NCBI GenBank assembly: GCA_018694295.1
Contig: JABHNK010000006.1
Span: forward strand, 318-64,317
Direction: 5' to 3'
Source: Waddliaceae bacterium
Lineage (GTDB): Bacteria > Chlamydiota > Chlamydiia > Chlamydiales > JABHNK01
Length of the DNA: 64,000 nt
Made by a program: the position numbers and the translations under genes
Shown here: positions 18,548-27,713 of the stretch, in pieces
How the letters are laid out: every line of letters begins with the position of its first letter
How positions within the stretch are numbered: position 1 is the first letter of the stretch
Notes under the pieces: generated by a model
What the model saw: the letters and a program-made list of their open reading frames with translations, nothing else
Told to the model about the DNA's origin: nothing
Databases searched by the model: none

Positions 18548-19196
18548 ACGCTTGAACTTCAAGCGGTTGAAGCTTAGGAGGGCTCTCGATAAGCTCTTGT
18601 AGAAATCGTTTTCTACACGTATATTCAATTCTGCTTATATACTGTTGTGTCACTTCTGAAATATCTAAAAGGTTTCTATCTCTATTAGAGGCTTCAAGAG
18701 GAATGAAACTCCAATAATGAGAGGCCTTTTTATTGAGCCCTTTTGATTCATAGTACTCAGCAAGGGGCTTGCATGCTTCTGAGTCGCCTTGGCTTACTAT
18801 AGCATCGAGAAGCTTGATGCCAAGACCTATTGTAGCATCATCTTTGCTATTGAGACATTCGTGGCCTTTAGATGAAAGGGCCTTGAGTTGTTCCATAGCT
18901 TTGTTAGAGACTTTCACGGCGATAATGGTTAAAGGTATCTTCGTAGCAATGAAACCCACAACGATAGCACTGAAAGAAATGGAAGTAATAGTTCCAAAGA
19001 TAACACCAGCGGCTAACCCAAGAGAAATAGTACGAATAAGATCACCTACAAACGCGATGGTCTTCGCAGTCGTTTTATTCTTATTGAAAATGGCAATAGA
19101 TTCGCCGATGGTTTTTCCGTTGCCGAGAGAAACAGAAAGATCTTCAACTGAAAATGGCGATCTTGAAATTATTGGTTGTATTTCCGTAGTCATCAT
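18546..19196 (-). CDS. Inc-like membrane protein with C-terminal helical (possibly Sel1/TPR-like) region
   Basis: 216 aa with one ~50-aa bilobed hydrophobic stretch (TIAFVGDLIRTISLGLAAGVIFGTITSISFSAIVVGFIATKIPLTIIAV). The C-terminal EACKPLAEYYESKGLNKKASHYW is loosely Sel1-like. Confidence 0.45.
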   Translation of the reverse strand: MMTTEIQPIISRSPFSVEDLSVSLGNGKTIGESIAIFNKNKTTAKTIAFVGDLIRTISLGLAAGVIFGTITSISFSAIVVGFIATKIPLTIIAVKVSNKAMEQLKALSSKGHECLNSKDDATIGLGIKLLDAIVSQGDSEACKPLAEYYESKGLNKKASHYWSFIPLEASNRDRNLLDISEVTQQYISRIEYTCRKRFLQELIESPPKLQPLEVQA

Positions 19197-19462
19197 GCTT
19201 CATGGTAAAATATTAAATTACTATCATCAGACATTATGGGATATAAAGCAATGATAATAAATATTTTATGCATATTTCAGCGGTGGCGCTATAGCGCCTA
19301 CGCTGAGATGACTACGACAAAGCACTCCAAAGCGTTTTTGCGCAGCAAAAAAAGCGCTTTGGAGTGCTTTGTCGTTGCGCATCCGATGTCATTACATGGG
19401 GAGTCCAGAGGAGAACCTCTCCTCTGGCGGGAGGGGTGTGGGGAGGGCAGCGTCCCTCCCCA

Positions 19463-20176
19463 CTAGACGAGGGTTTTTTCGGGGAGGAGCTTACGTTTTT
19501 CTAGGGATGTGCGCAGGTCGCGGTTGTTATCTTTGTCGAGGGATCCCGAGTTTAGGAGCCATTGTATATAGTCATTGGGGAGTTCTTCTAGGCGTCGTCC
19601 TTTGTGTTTCCCGAAGGGCATGGTGTTTATTTCTTGTGGCTTTTTCATGAGGATATGCGCCTCTTGTGGTGTGAGGCCTGGCGTCATGGCACAGAAGACT
19701 TCGTATAGCACGACTACATCATCGAGGGCCCTGTGGGCGTTGTTGGCTTCTATTTCGTATATCTCACGGAGATACTGCAGGGAATGCTTCGGAAGGTCAG
19801 GACGGTACCTTCTTGCCCATTTAAGGGTATCGAGGTATTCCCAGGTTGTTGGGAGGATGACGTCGTGTTTCTCGCATTCGTGTCTCAAAAAGTGGACGTC
19901 GAAGCCGTCGTTGTTGTGGGCGATAAGGATGGCGTCGTCGCCGCAGAAGAGAAGGAATCGTTCCCAGACTTGTGCGAAGCCTTGTGCTTCGGACACCATT
20001 TCATCGGTAATGCCGTGTATCGCAGTAGCGCTTTCGGGGATATGACATCCAGGGTTTATAAGCTCGGAAAAGCCAACGTTGCTGTCGGGGTCGTAGCCGG
20101 CAAGCTCTATGATGCTGTCCTTGCCGAAAGTTACTCCTGTTGTTTCTGTGTCGTAGAAAATAGCTTTGTTCATCAC
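19463..20176 (-). CDS. DEDDh 3'-5' exonuclease (DnaQ/epsilon-like) with C-terminal DUF3820-like domain
   Basis: FYDTETTG (Exo I), IAHNNDGFDVHFL (Exo II) and HRALDDV (Exo III). The C-terminal MPFGKHKGRRLEELPNDYIQWLL resembles DUF3820. GTG start. Confidence 0.8.
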   Translation of the reverse strand: MMNKAIFYDTETTGVTFGKDSIIELAGYDPDSNVGFSELINPGCHIPESATAIHGITDEMVSEAQGFAQVWERFLLFCGDDAILIAHNNDGFDVHFLRHECEKHDVILPTTWEYLDTLKWARRYRPDLPKHSLQYLREIYEIEANNAHRALDDVVVLYEVFCAMTPGLTPQEAHILMKKPQEINTMPFGKHKGRRLEELPNDYIQWLLNSGSLDKDNNRDLRTSLEKRKLLPEKTLV

Positions 20177-20223
20177 TTTAATCCTTTATTCTATACAAAA
20201 AATAAGTATATCAAGGAGTAAGA

Positions 20224-20262
20224 TTAAAAAGAAAGGGGCGTGATGGCGCTACGCGCGCCCCT
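20224..20262 (-). terminator. Rho-independent terminator after 20280-21284
   Basis: On the minus strand, AGGGGCG-loop-CGCCCCT followed by TTCTTTTT, about 18 nt after the stop. Confidence 0.6.
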
Positions 20263-20279
20263 GTCTTCCGTCTTCGCAT

Positions 20280-21284
20280 CTATCCTAGTGGCGGTGCTGT
20301 TGGACCTTCTTGTACGAGTAGATCATCATCATCAGGAGGAGCGATTGCTTCTTCTTCTGCTACAGGTTGTACTAAACGAATTTTAGGCTCTACTGTAGTT
20401 TGATGTCCTAATATTGCAGGACTAGCAGCATCTCTTTTAACGGAAAAAAACGGCTGCTGATGCCCTTCCTGGTCAATTGATCGTTTTTCTTTAGCTATGT
20501 CAGCATTGCCAGCTTTGTTGATGTTGTCAATACCAACCCCTTTCAAGAATATCGCTGTGGCAAGGCCTCCAAGAACAAAAGCCCCTCCAGCGATCATAGC
20601 GCCATTAGATGCTATAACAGCACCTACAATAGCAAACACAGCCCCTGCGGCAATGGCCACCTTCGATGTTAATGCTATCTTACGATAAAGTAATGATCTT
20701 TTATTAACACCTTTCCATAGAGATACAATTTTATTGATATGTTTGAAGTGAGGGTTTTGTTCGCCACATTCATCGCTTTTTATTCTTTCAAGCACTCTGC
20801 CTGCATTTTTAATTGTCTCGGAATCTTCTCGTAATGCAAGGAGTTTAGTTAAGTCGTTTCCGATAAATTTCATGGCAATAAATAAAACTACTGAGCCAGC
20901 GCTACCAGCAGCGGCGCGTTTAGCTTTACTGGGTTTATCACCCTCTTGAGAGTCAGTGTCACTGTCAGGAGCTGGAGTTGCTCTTCGTACACCTCTTGAT
21001 GAACCTCCAATAGCAACTGTAGTTCTTTTGTAGCTGAAGTTTGTACCTGCAGAAGGCCTTGGGCTGCAACGGCCTGAACCGTAAGGTCCTGCACGGGATA
21101 CTTGAGGACCGTCCGTAGTCGGTAACGGTTTAGAACAAGACTTTTCCAAGACAGATTGAAAAAGATCATTAAAAATCGAGTCTTCATACAATGAAGGTGC
21201 CGGACAGAAAACACCCGTACGTGGTTGAGTAGAATAAAAAGAACAAAGCTCACTAGGAACATTTAAAGGATCAAAACTAGACAT
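20280..21284 (-). CDS. Inc-like membrane protein with Pro/Asp-rich C-terminus
   Basis: 334 aa. The N-terminal ~150 aa are disordered-looking and S/P/G-rich. Central bilobed hydrophobic domain: VAIAAGAVFAIVGAVIASNGAMIAGGAFVLGGLATAIFL. Confidence 0.45.
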   Translation of the reverse strand: MSSFDPLNVPSELCSFYSTQPRTGVFCPAPSLYEDSIFNDLFQSVLEKSCSKPLPTTDGPQVSRAGPYGSGRCSPRPSAGTNFSYKRTTVAIGGSSRGVRRATPAPDSDTDSQEGDKPSKAKRAAAGSAGSVVLFIAMKFIGNDLTKLLALREDSETIKNAGRVLERIKSDECGEQNPHFKHINKIVSLWKGVNKRSLLYRKIALTSKVAIAAGAVFAIVGAVIASNGAMIAGGAFVLGGLATAIFLKGVGIDNINKAGNADIAKEKRSIDQEGHQQPFFSVKRDAASPAILGHQTTVEPKIRLVQPVAEEEAIAPPDDDDLLVQEGPTAPPLG

Positions 21285-21404
21285 TATAATTACCTCTTTG
21301 GTTAAGTTAAATTAATTACCACTATTATAACAAAGTCTCTAATTAATATCAAGATATTTATATTAGTTTATACAAAAACTTCATTACGGCTTTAAAAGTG
21401 GCCT

Positions 21405-21881
21405 TTACGACGTAGACTGCTTTTCTTGTACTTTTGCTTTAGCGAGCACTTCGTCGTAGGTGGTAGCACCGAGAGCTAGTGGCTCTATAGCTGGGAGAAA
21501 TTCATTACACACGCGTTCTAGGGTTTTAAGGTAGTTATAAAAGAGCATTTCGTCGAGTTTTTTGTGCGTCGTAGGGATTACATTGCGGTAGAAAACGAGG
21601 TGTGTTGTCTCGTCCATCCCAAATCCTGGCATATCGATTTCTTTGTTGATATAGTGAAGTAGACGTCCTACGCTTCCGAAGAGTTTTTCTTGTACTTCAT
21701 AGGGCATAAAAGCGATAAGTTGTACGAGTTTTCCGTCGTTGAGGGTCCTTAAAAACACTGCGATGTCGCGTTTCTCGACGGTTATGATGAAGTATATCTG
21801 CCCTGTTTCTTCCTGAACCTGGGCATTATACCCGTCTTTTTTGAGGACGGCGAGGATTTCAGGTATCGTAGCGTTTATCAT
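21405..21881 (-). CDS. Type III secretion chaperone-like protein (YbjN/CesT-fold family)
   Basis: 158 aa with the pattern G..(x)..IYFIITVEKRDIAVFLR...LVQLIAFMPYEV...LLHYINKEIDMPGFGMDE..HLVFYR. This fits YbjN-type/T3S-chaperone-like small proteins. Assigned by motif pattern only. Confidence 0.45.
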   Translation of the reverse strand: MINATIPEILAVLKKDGYNAQVQEETGQIYFIITVEKRDIAVFLRTLNDGKLVQLIAFMPYEVQEKLFGSVGRLLHYINKEIDMPGFGMDETTHLVFYRNVIPTTHKKLDEMLFYNYLKTLERVCNEFLPAIEPLALGATTYDEVLAKAKVQEKQSTS

Positions 21882-22045
21882 ATTGCTATGCCGGGGATGG
21901 CATTATTTGCTGAAGTGTCACTGATGATGTTCGGGTTATTGGTCGTTGGCATCGTCGTCATATCGTCTTCGGTAGGCATGACATACAAATTACAAGAGCT
22001 TAGCAGTACGGCACACACAAAAAAACAGCATATCGTCTTAATCAT
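21878..22045 (-). CDS. 55-aa lipoprotein-like ORF translationally coupled to the chaperone-like gene
   Basis: Not in the ORF track. Hand translation: MIKTICCFFVCAVLLSSCNLYVMPTEDDMTTMPTTNNPNIISDTSANNAIPGIAI. LLSSC is a plausible lipobox. Its TGA overlaps the downstream ATG as ATGA (21878-21881). Confidence 0.4.
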   Translation of the reverse strand: MIKTICCFFVCAVLLSSCNLYVMPTEDDMTTMPTTNNPNIISDTSANNAIPGIAI

Positions 22046-22123
22046 AGCATAATACCTTAATGTTTTACGGTTTTAGAGATTCAATTATATGCTTTTTCTC
22101 ACTATCCCGCAAGAAAATTCCTA

Positions 22124-22137
22124 CTCCGAACTCCGAA
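22124..22137. repeat. Solo heptamer tail (CTCCGAA)2 abutting the hflX stop codon
   Basis: GAAAATTCCTACTCCGAACTCCGAA-CTA. This is the same outer-end sequence as family-A copies A4 and A5. The CTA is the hflX stop (22138-22140). Confidence 0.7.
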
Positions 22138-23445
22138 CTATTTAACAATATACTTTGAGATCTTCCCTGCGAGGTTTGTGGGGATATCAGCTTGTATAAC
22201 GACGTCATTTTCGTCGTATTCTTGCGACAGTATTTTTCCTCCGCTGATGATCTCGGTGACGACATGATAATCGCTTTGTGGGATACGCACGTTGACGATT
22301 TTCCTTCGCGATCGGAGCTCTTGTGATATTGCTTCCATGAGGTCGTCGAAACCTTCGTGTTTCAGCGCGGAGACCACCACGGTGTTTTTGTACCGCAGAC
22401 GCATATAGTTAGCTCTTTCGTTGTCGTGGCACAGGTCGATTTTGTTGAGGACGGTTATCATAGGCTTCTCGTCGGCGCCGAGTTCTTTAAGGACGGCGCG
22501 AGTTGCCACGATATGTTCGTCGGCAAGGTGGTCACTGACATCTACGAGGTTTATTAGTACATCGGCGTCGGTGGCTTCCTCTAGGGTGCTTCTGAATGCT
22601 TCGACGAGGGTGTGTGGCAGTTTCCTGATAAACCCTACGGTGTCGATGAGAAGGATGTCTTGATGGTTCGGTAGCGTATAGCGTCGTGTTGTGGTGTCTA
22701 AGGTGGCGAAAAGCTTGTCTTCGACGAAGACGTCAGCATCGGTGAGGGCATTGAGTAGCGTAGACTTTCCGGCGTTGGTATATCCTATTATGGCGAAAGT
22801 CGGTATCTCGGAGCGTTCGCGCGAAACATGTTGCGTCTCACGGTGCTGCCGCACCTCTTTAAGGTCATTTTTTAGCTTGCTGATCTTTTTCTTAAGAAGG
22901 CTTCTGTCGATCTCAATCTGCTTCTCGCCGTCGCCTTTAAGGAAAAGTCCACCGCCACGCTGACGATCGAGGTGCTCCCATAGGTTCTTAAGGCGCGGAT
23001 ACTGATAACGTGTCTTTGCAAGCTCTATCTGCAGCTGCGCCTCTTTAGTGTGGGCGCGTTTGGCGAAAACTTCGAGGATAAGCTCCGTCCTGTCGATGAC
23101 AGGGCAGCCGAACTTCTCTTCGAGGTTGCGTTGCTGGCCAGGAAGGACTTCGTCGTCGAGGATGATAAGGTCGGCTTCGAGATCATGGGCGCTGGCGACA
23201 AGCTCTTCGACCTTGCCTTTGGTGATATACGTCGAAGAATCATACTTGCGAAGATAACAATGGCTCTTATCGACAACACCGACACCAAGCGTGTCAGCAA
23301 GAAGCTCAAGCTCGTCGAGATGATCGCCACAAACATTCTTCTCCGAAGACTTCATATATATTCCTATCAAAAACGCGCGCTGTGCTGGAGCACTTTCGTC
23401 GGCAAACATAGCACGACGCTCTTCGGGATTCTGTTCTATCTTCAT
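22138..23445 (-). CDS. hflX: GTPase HflX
   Basis: 435 aa with the HflX N-terminal domain, then G1 GYTNAGKSTL, G3 DTVGF and G4 NKID. Confidence 0.95.
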   Translation of the reverse strand: MKIEQNPEERRAMFADESAPAQRAFLIGIYMKSSEKNVCGDHLDELELLADTLGVGVVDKSHCYLRKYDSSTYITKGKVEELVASAHDLEADLIILDDEVLPGQQRNLEEKFGCPVIDRTELILEVFAKRAHTKEAQLQIELAKTRYQYPRLKNLWEHLDRQRGGGLFLKGDGEKQIEIDRSLLKKKISKLKNDLKEVRQHRETQHVSRERSEIPTFAIIGYTNAGKSTLLNALTDADVFVEDKLFATLDTTTRRYTLPNHQDILLIDTVGFIRKLPHTLVEAFRSTLEEATDADVLINLVDVSDHLADEHIVATRAVLKELGADEKPMITVLNKIDLCHDNERANYMRLRYKNTVVVSALKHEGFDDLMEAISQELRSRRKIVNVRIPQSDYHVVTEIISGGKILSQEYDENDVVIQADIPTNLAGKISKYIVK

Positions 23446-23566
23446 ACTATAAGGCTCCTCTCTTTTTCATAACACGTTATAGCATCTATAACCCATAATT
23501 GCTACATAATTTCGTTGTTATTTACGATGCTATAAGTTATACTTTTTCTTTGGTGTAGGAGAAAAA

Positions 23567-24793
23567 ATGAGATATAAGACTTTCAAGATCACAGCATTGG
23601 GGTGCAGGGCTAACCAGTACGAAGCGCAGGCAATGGCCGACCAGCTTCGGGCTCTCGGCTGCCGTGAAGCTGCTGATAGCGAGGTTGCCGATGTTTGTAT
23701 TGTCAACAGCTGTACCGTCACTGACTCTGCTGACAAGAAAAGCAGGTATCTTATCAGGAGGTTTGCTAAAGAAAATCCCGGCGCTACTATCGTCGTCACC
23801 GGATGCATGGCAGAACGTATTCCTGACCTCGCCGAAAAGGTCCCTGAAGTCGACCACGTCGTCGGCAACAAAGACAAAGAACACCTTATCTCTATACTGT
23901 TCCCCGAGCTTGAAAAGCTTCCGGAGTTTACCATAAAGTCCTTCGAAGGACACACCAGAGCCTTTGTTAAAATACAAGATGGATGCAACTCCTTCTGCAC
24001 ATACTGCATAATACCATACGTCCGTGGAAGGTCGCGGTCGCGGAAGGTCGAAGATATCGTAAAAGAGGTCCAGAGGCTTGTCGACAGCGGATACAAAGAG
24101 GTCGTCCTTACAGGGATAAATATTGGCGACTATGAAGATGGCACAAAGACGCTGGCGGACCTCATACGCGCAATCGATGGTGTCGATGGACTTGAAAGGC
24201 TACGGCTTTCGTCAATAGACCCCAACGACTTCGACGATGACCTTTACGATGCTCTTATGACGAGCAGAACGACATGCCCTTCGTTGCACCTTGTCCTACA
24301 GTCGGGATCGAACGCTGTCCTTAAGAAGATGAATAGGAAGTATAGTCGCCACGACTATTATGATGTCGTCGAAAGGTTCCGCAATGGCAATGCTGACTTT
24401 ACCTTCACCACCGACATCATCGTAGGGTTTCCCGGAGAGACGGAGAAGGATTTTCAAGATACCATTGACGTCGTACAAGAAGTAGGTTTCGTCCACGCCC
24501 ATATCTTTCCATACAGCGACAGACCCGGAACGATAGCCTCGAAATACGAAGAAAAAATCTCCGCAGCAACGATAAAAGAGCGTAAAGAGACACTTTCTCG
24601 TGTTGCTAACAACACAGCATATGATATACGAGAGAGGTATATAGGAAAAACAATGCAGGTCTTGATAGAAAACGGCTCTAAAGGACATACCGAAAATTTC
24701 TTGCCGGCTATAGTCAATGAAGGCAAAGCAAATACAATGGTAAAGGTTCTACTTGTAGAAAATACCCAAGAAGCGTTAATAGGAAAAATATGA
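23567..24793 (+). CDS. Radical-SAM methylthiotransferase, MiaB/RimO family (MtaB-like)
   Basis: 408 aa with N-terminal UPF0004 cysteines (GCRANQYE...NSCTVT), a radical-SAM CNSFCTYC motif, and a C-terminal TRAM-like region. Confidence 0.8.
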   Translation: MRYKTFKITALGCRANQYEAQAMADQLRALGCREAADSEVADVCIVNSCTVTDSADKKSRYLIRRFAKENPGATIVVTGCMAERIPDLAEKVPEVDHVVGNKDKEHLISILFPELEKLPEFTIKSFEGHTRAFVKIQDGCNSFCTYCIIPYVRGRSRSRKVEDIVKEVQRLVDSGYKEVVLTGINIGDYEDGTKTLADLIRAIDGVDGLERLRLSSIDPNDFDDDLYDALMTSRTTCPSLHLVLQSGSNAVLKKMNRKYSRHDYYDVVERFRNGNADFTFTTDIIVGFPGETEKDFQDTIDVVQEVGFVHAHIFPYSDRPGTIASKYEEKISAATIKERKETLSRVANNTAYDIRERYIGKTMQVLIENGSKGHTENFLPAIVNEGKANTMVKVLLVENTQEALIGKI

Positions 24794-25830
24794 AGATAAA
24801 AATAGCAACAAAACTTCGACCTTTTACACATACAACAGGTATGCCAATGATGCTGCCAGGATCGACGATTGCCGTCACGGCTTTTCCCACGAGCCTTGAA
24901 TTTCGCGACCTTACCTCCGCCACAGAAAATATTATCAGACTACGCGGAACTGAGGGAGGCGTCGACGATTTTATGGTCGTCGAAGACCTTGAAAAGGGAC
25001 GCGTTACAGTTTCCGGAAAGTCTAATAAGGGTGTTTTTCGTTATTCTATTGTTTTTGTTGACGAAGCAATTAGCATTGTCGTTGAAAAAGGAGATATTAA
25101 ATTTTCCGACCTTCCAAAGGGTTTCGTTATAAAAGATTCTGTTCCAAAGATGCAAATTCCTATCGAGCGTCTATCTTTAGGATGCCATAAGAAGCAAGAC
25201 TGGGATTTGGTTACTCGACGTCTACAGCTCGACGAAATTTTGCCGCACCTTCTACGCCTTGGCAGTATGATGCATTCTACTGACGAAGATATCCATGACG
25301 GCACCTTTTCTCTTCTTGATGAGTGCTCATCTGCTATACTGTCTCGTGACAAGGAAGCCATTTCTCCTGCATTGCAAAACCTTATAAAAGGCGCCTTCTA
25401 TGGTATAATGGTGCCACGTGTTTCTGACGGACACCAAGGTCTTATTTCCGAAGGCACTCTTCCTTCTGAGAGCTGCGCTCCACAGCTTCTTTTACGTACA
25501 TCCGATATCATACACTCGCTTTTCATCCATCAAGAAGGCACGACGATATCACTTCTTCCGATGTTGCCAATAGAACTTCATTGTGGTAGATTCGTTGATG
25601 TTTCTTGTGGTGATATTGGAACAATATCATTTGAATGGACGAAGAAGCTCCTTCGCCGTGCAATCTTCCGTAGCACATACGATGGACCCGTGACTTTTAA
25701 CTTCCAAAACGCCCTTAAAACTTTCCGTCTCAGAACGAGTGCTAAAGGGCGCGGCACAACGGTTTCTTGTGGCGACAATTTAGATATTAAAGCTGGCATT
25801 GCGTACTATCTTGATAACTTCTGTAAGTGA
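24790..25830 (+). CDS. Hypothetical protein, coupled to the methylthiotransferase gene
   Basis: 346 aa. Its ATG overlaps the upstream stop (ATGA at 24790-24793). No domain recognised. Confidence 0.55.
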   Translation: MKIKIATKLRPFTHTTGMPMMLPGSTIAVTAFPTSLEFRDLTSATENIIRLRGTEGGVDDFMVVEDLEKGRVTVSGKSNKGVFRYSIVFVDEAISIVVEKGDIKFSDLPKGFVIKDSVPKMQIPIERLSLGCHKKQDWDLVTRRLQLDEILPHLLRLGSMMHSTDEDIHDGTFSLLDECSSAILSRDKEAISPALQNLIKGAFYGIMVPRVSDGHQGLISEGTLPSESCAPQLLLRTSDIIHSLFIHQEGTTISLLPMLPIELHCGRFVDVSCGDIGTISFEWTKKLLRRAIFRSTYDGPVTFNFQNALKTFRLRTSAKGRGTTVSCGDNLDIKAGIAYYLDNFCK

Positions 25831-26019
25831 TAAAGTTAGAGCGCCTTTGTTTTTTTCTAAATAAGCTGTAATGTTTTCAAATAGTTTTTTGTTCCTACGA
25901 AGGAAGTTGTCAATATCGGTAATAATAATTTCTTGCTCTGCTATAAGAGTTAGTCCTGCAGCCATCTCTTCACGTGTTTTTTTGCTTTCAGTTCTATATA
26001 TGTAGAGAGCGGCGATCAT
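25780..26019 (-). CDS. Hypothetical small protein (third gene of a minus-strand triplet)
   Basis: 79 aa. The start overlaps the upstream stop as ATGA (26016-26019). The 3' end overlaps the convergent 24790-25830 by ~50 nt, so the gene or its extent is uncertain. Confidence 0.35.
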   Translation of the reverse strand: MIAALYIYRTESKKTREEMAAGLTLIAEQEIIITDIDNFLRRNKKLFENITAYLEKNKGALTLSLTEVIKIVRNASFNI

Positions 26020-26420
26020 TTCAGAACTCCATTTAACAGTATCCCTGGTATTCTTTTTTTTATAGTAGTTTCACTACTAGAGAAAGGCACTCTTACGGCA
26101 TCCTGTACACGACAATCTGTATCATCCGCGAGTGGTAGCACATGAATTACTGGTATTGGAGCATATATTGGAGACGCGTCGTCTTCATCTGTCCTTCTTC
26201 TTTTGGAAAGATGTTCGCAATTTCCACCTGAAAATTGTATTGCGAGTGTTTGTAATTGATGTGGTTGGTCAGGCTGGGCAGTAAATACATTTTCTTCCTC
26301 GAACTTTGGAGCAGGAATGGGGTCAGGTGAAGAAAAGCGGTCTGTATTTATAACGGAATTAGGGCCCTTTATAGAAGGGCCCTTTATAGAATAAGATTGT
26401 GAAAATTCTGGTAGTGTCAT
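26016..26420 (-). CDS. Hypothetical protein with tandem SIKGP repeat and KRRR basic patch
   Basis: 134 aa with AAGGA upstream of the ATG. YSIKGPSIKGPNS and SKRRRTDEDD suggest a disordered, possibly host-targeted protein. Confidence 0.45.
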   Translation of the reverse strand: MTLPEFSQSYSIKGPSIKGPNSVINTDRFSSPDPIPAPKFEEENVFTAQPDQPHQLQTLAIQFSGGNCEHLSKRRRTDEDDASPIYAPIPVIHVLPLADDTDCRVQDAVRVPFSSSETTIKKRIPGILLNGVLK

Positions 26421-26493
26421 ATGTTATGTCCTTTTTAAAAAGTTTTTTGTTGAACCTGAACGACTGTTTATGGGGCTAGCCAGGTTTAAATGA

Positions 26494-27462
26494 TTATAAC
26501 GGGAATATATTTGGATGCCGCAGTCTTTGTCCTTTTAGCATTCTTTCTTTTATATTAGCAACGCTGGTGGGATTAGTCATTTGATTAAAGAAACCTTTAG
26601 CCATCATGTCGATTTGATAAGCTATTATATCACTCAGAGAAGTATCATGTGGTGGTTGCTTAAATAATATGTATCTTTGAAGGCCTTCTTTAGTTGTAAA
26701 TCTTGTACTATCTAAGAAACGAGCTTTTTGACAGACCTCTTCTTCGGTATAAAGTCTTTTTGCCTCTTCCTTAATAGATCTTTGTTTAGATTTTCTTTCC
26801 TTGGCTATTTGAGGGACTAAATTGCGGGGGTATCCGATAGTTTCTTTTGCGCTGTATTTTTTATGGGTCGTTATTTGTCCTGCCAATGCCATCACGAGAA
26901 AACTGTCTAGGTAGCTTTTTGATAGACGAGCGTAGATTTTTTTCTCCATTTCTGTTGATTCTATTATCTCATAACTCCTTCCTTTGCCGGCAGCTTTTTT
27001 TTTGGTTGAAGGGGCTCTTCGTACCACATCCGCACGGAACTGTACTCGAGATGTTTTTGAAATAATTCTTTTATTGGTTTGTGTAGTAAGCGTAACTTCA
27101 ACAACTGCACGTATTGAAAGTTTTTGGAGCACTTCAGGAGAGACAGGGCGCGATGACGCGGGAGAAGAGACTGGTGAAAAAAACTCCTTATTGCCTCCGA
27201 GTTTCGGTAGCGCACCCATTAAATTGTGAGCAGATATAGGTTTTGGAGCTATAAACAGCGAAGCAGTAGGTATAGAATTAACAGGAATAAATGAAGTTCT
27301 AAAATTTAAAGCAGCTATTTCCCTGACTAGTTTTCTATCTATAGCAAGTATTGCTTTTTCTTGTTTTGCCGTTTCTAGAGCATAGTGCCGTTCATGGTCA
27401 ATCATAAGAAAGCTACCGCATGCAGTTGAAGGTTTTAATCCTGATGTTAGTGATGATGACAT
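26494..27462 (-). CDS. Hypothetical protein (first gene of minus-strand triplet)
   Basis: 322 aa with AAGGAA 6-7 nt upstream of the ATG. S/P-rich N-terminal third. No domain recognised. Confidence 0.55.
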   Translation of the reverse strand: MSSSLTSGLKPSTACGSFLMIDHERHYALETAKQEKAILAIDRKLVREIAALNFRTSFIPVNSIPTASLFIAPKPISAHNLMGALPKLGGNKEFFSPVSSPASSRPVSPEVLQKLSIRAVVEVTLTTQTNKRIISKTSRVQFRADVVRRAPSTKKKAAGKGRSYEIIESTEMEKKIYARLSKSYLDSFLVMALAGQITTHKKYSAKETIGYPRNLVPQIAKERKSKQRSIKEEAKRLYTEEEVCQKARFLDSTRFTTKEGLQRYILFKQPPHDTSLSDIIAYQIDMMAKGFFNQMTNPTSVANIKERMLKGQRLRHPNIFPL

Positions 27463-27590
27463 ATCGTTCCTTTTTATTTTATCTGTTAAGGCTTAAGATG
27501 TTAGCATTTTCTTGGATTTGTGTCAAGGAGGTTGTATTGAAATTTGAGTTATCGAAAGTTCTTATCTCATTATTTTCATTTGGTTTTTAA

Positions 27591-27693
27591 CTGATGTTAC
27601 TCGCTAATCTTGTTTTAGTGGCGTAGCGAAAGGAATACGCAGCAGATCGCCCTTGCAGCACGCCAATAAAATGAGAGCGGCGCGTAAGGTCAG
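27591..27693 (+). repeat. Family-B repeat, 103-nt deletion variant (copy B2)
   Basis: It has the same 5' and 3' blocks as the 158-nt copies but lacks exactly the 55-nt internal hairpin. The deletion junction falls in an AAGGA that flanks the hairpin on both sides in full copies. It lies 234 nt upstream of ligA, in sense. Confidence 0.85.
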
Positions 27694-27713
27694 TTTTAAA
27701 TGAAAATATCGGA

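Noticed and set aside
19236-19650. Track ORFs 19236-19466 + and 19369-19650 + across the hairpin cluster.
   Set aside because: They are G/R/C-rich translations of palindromic DNA, overlap the exonuclease gene end, and have no start context.
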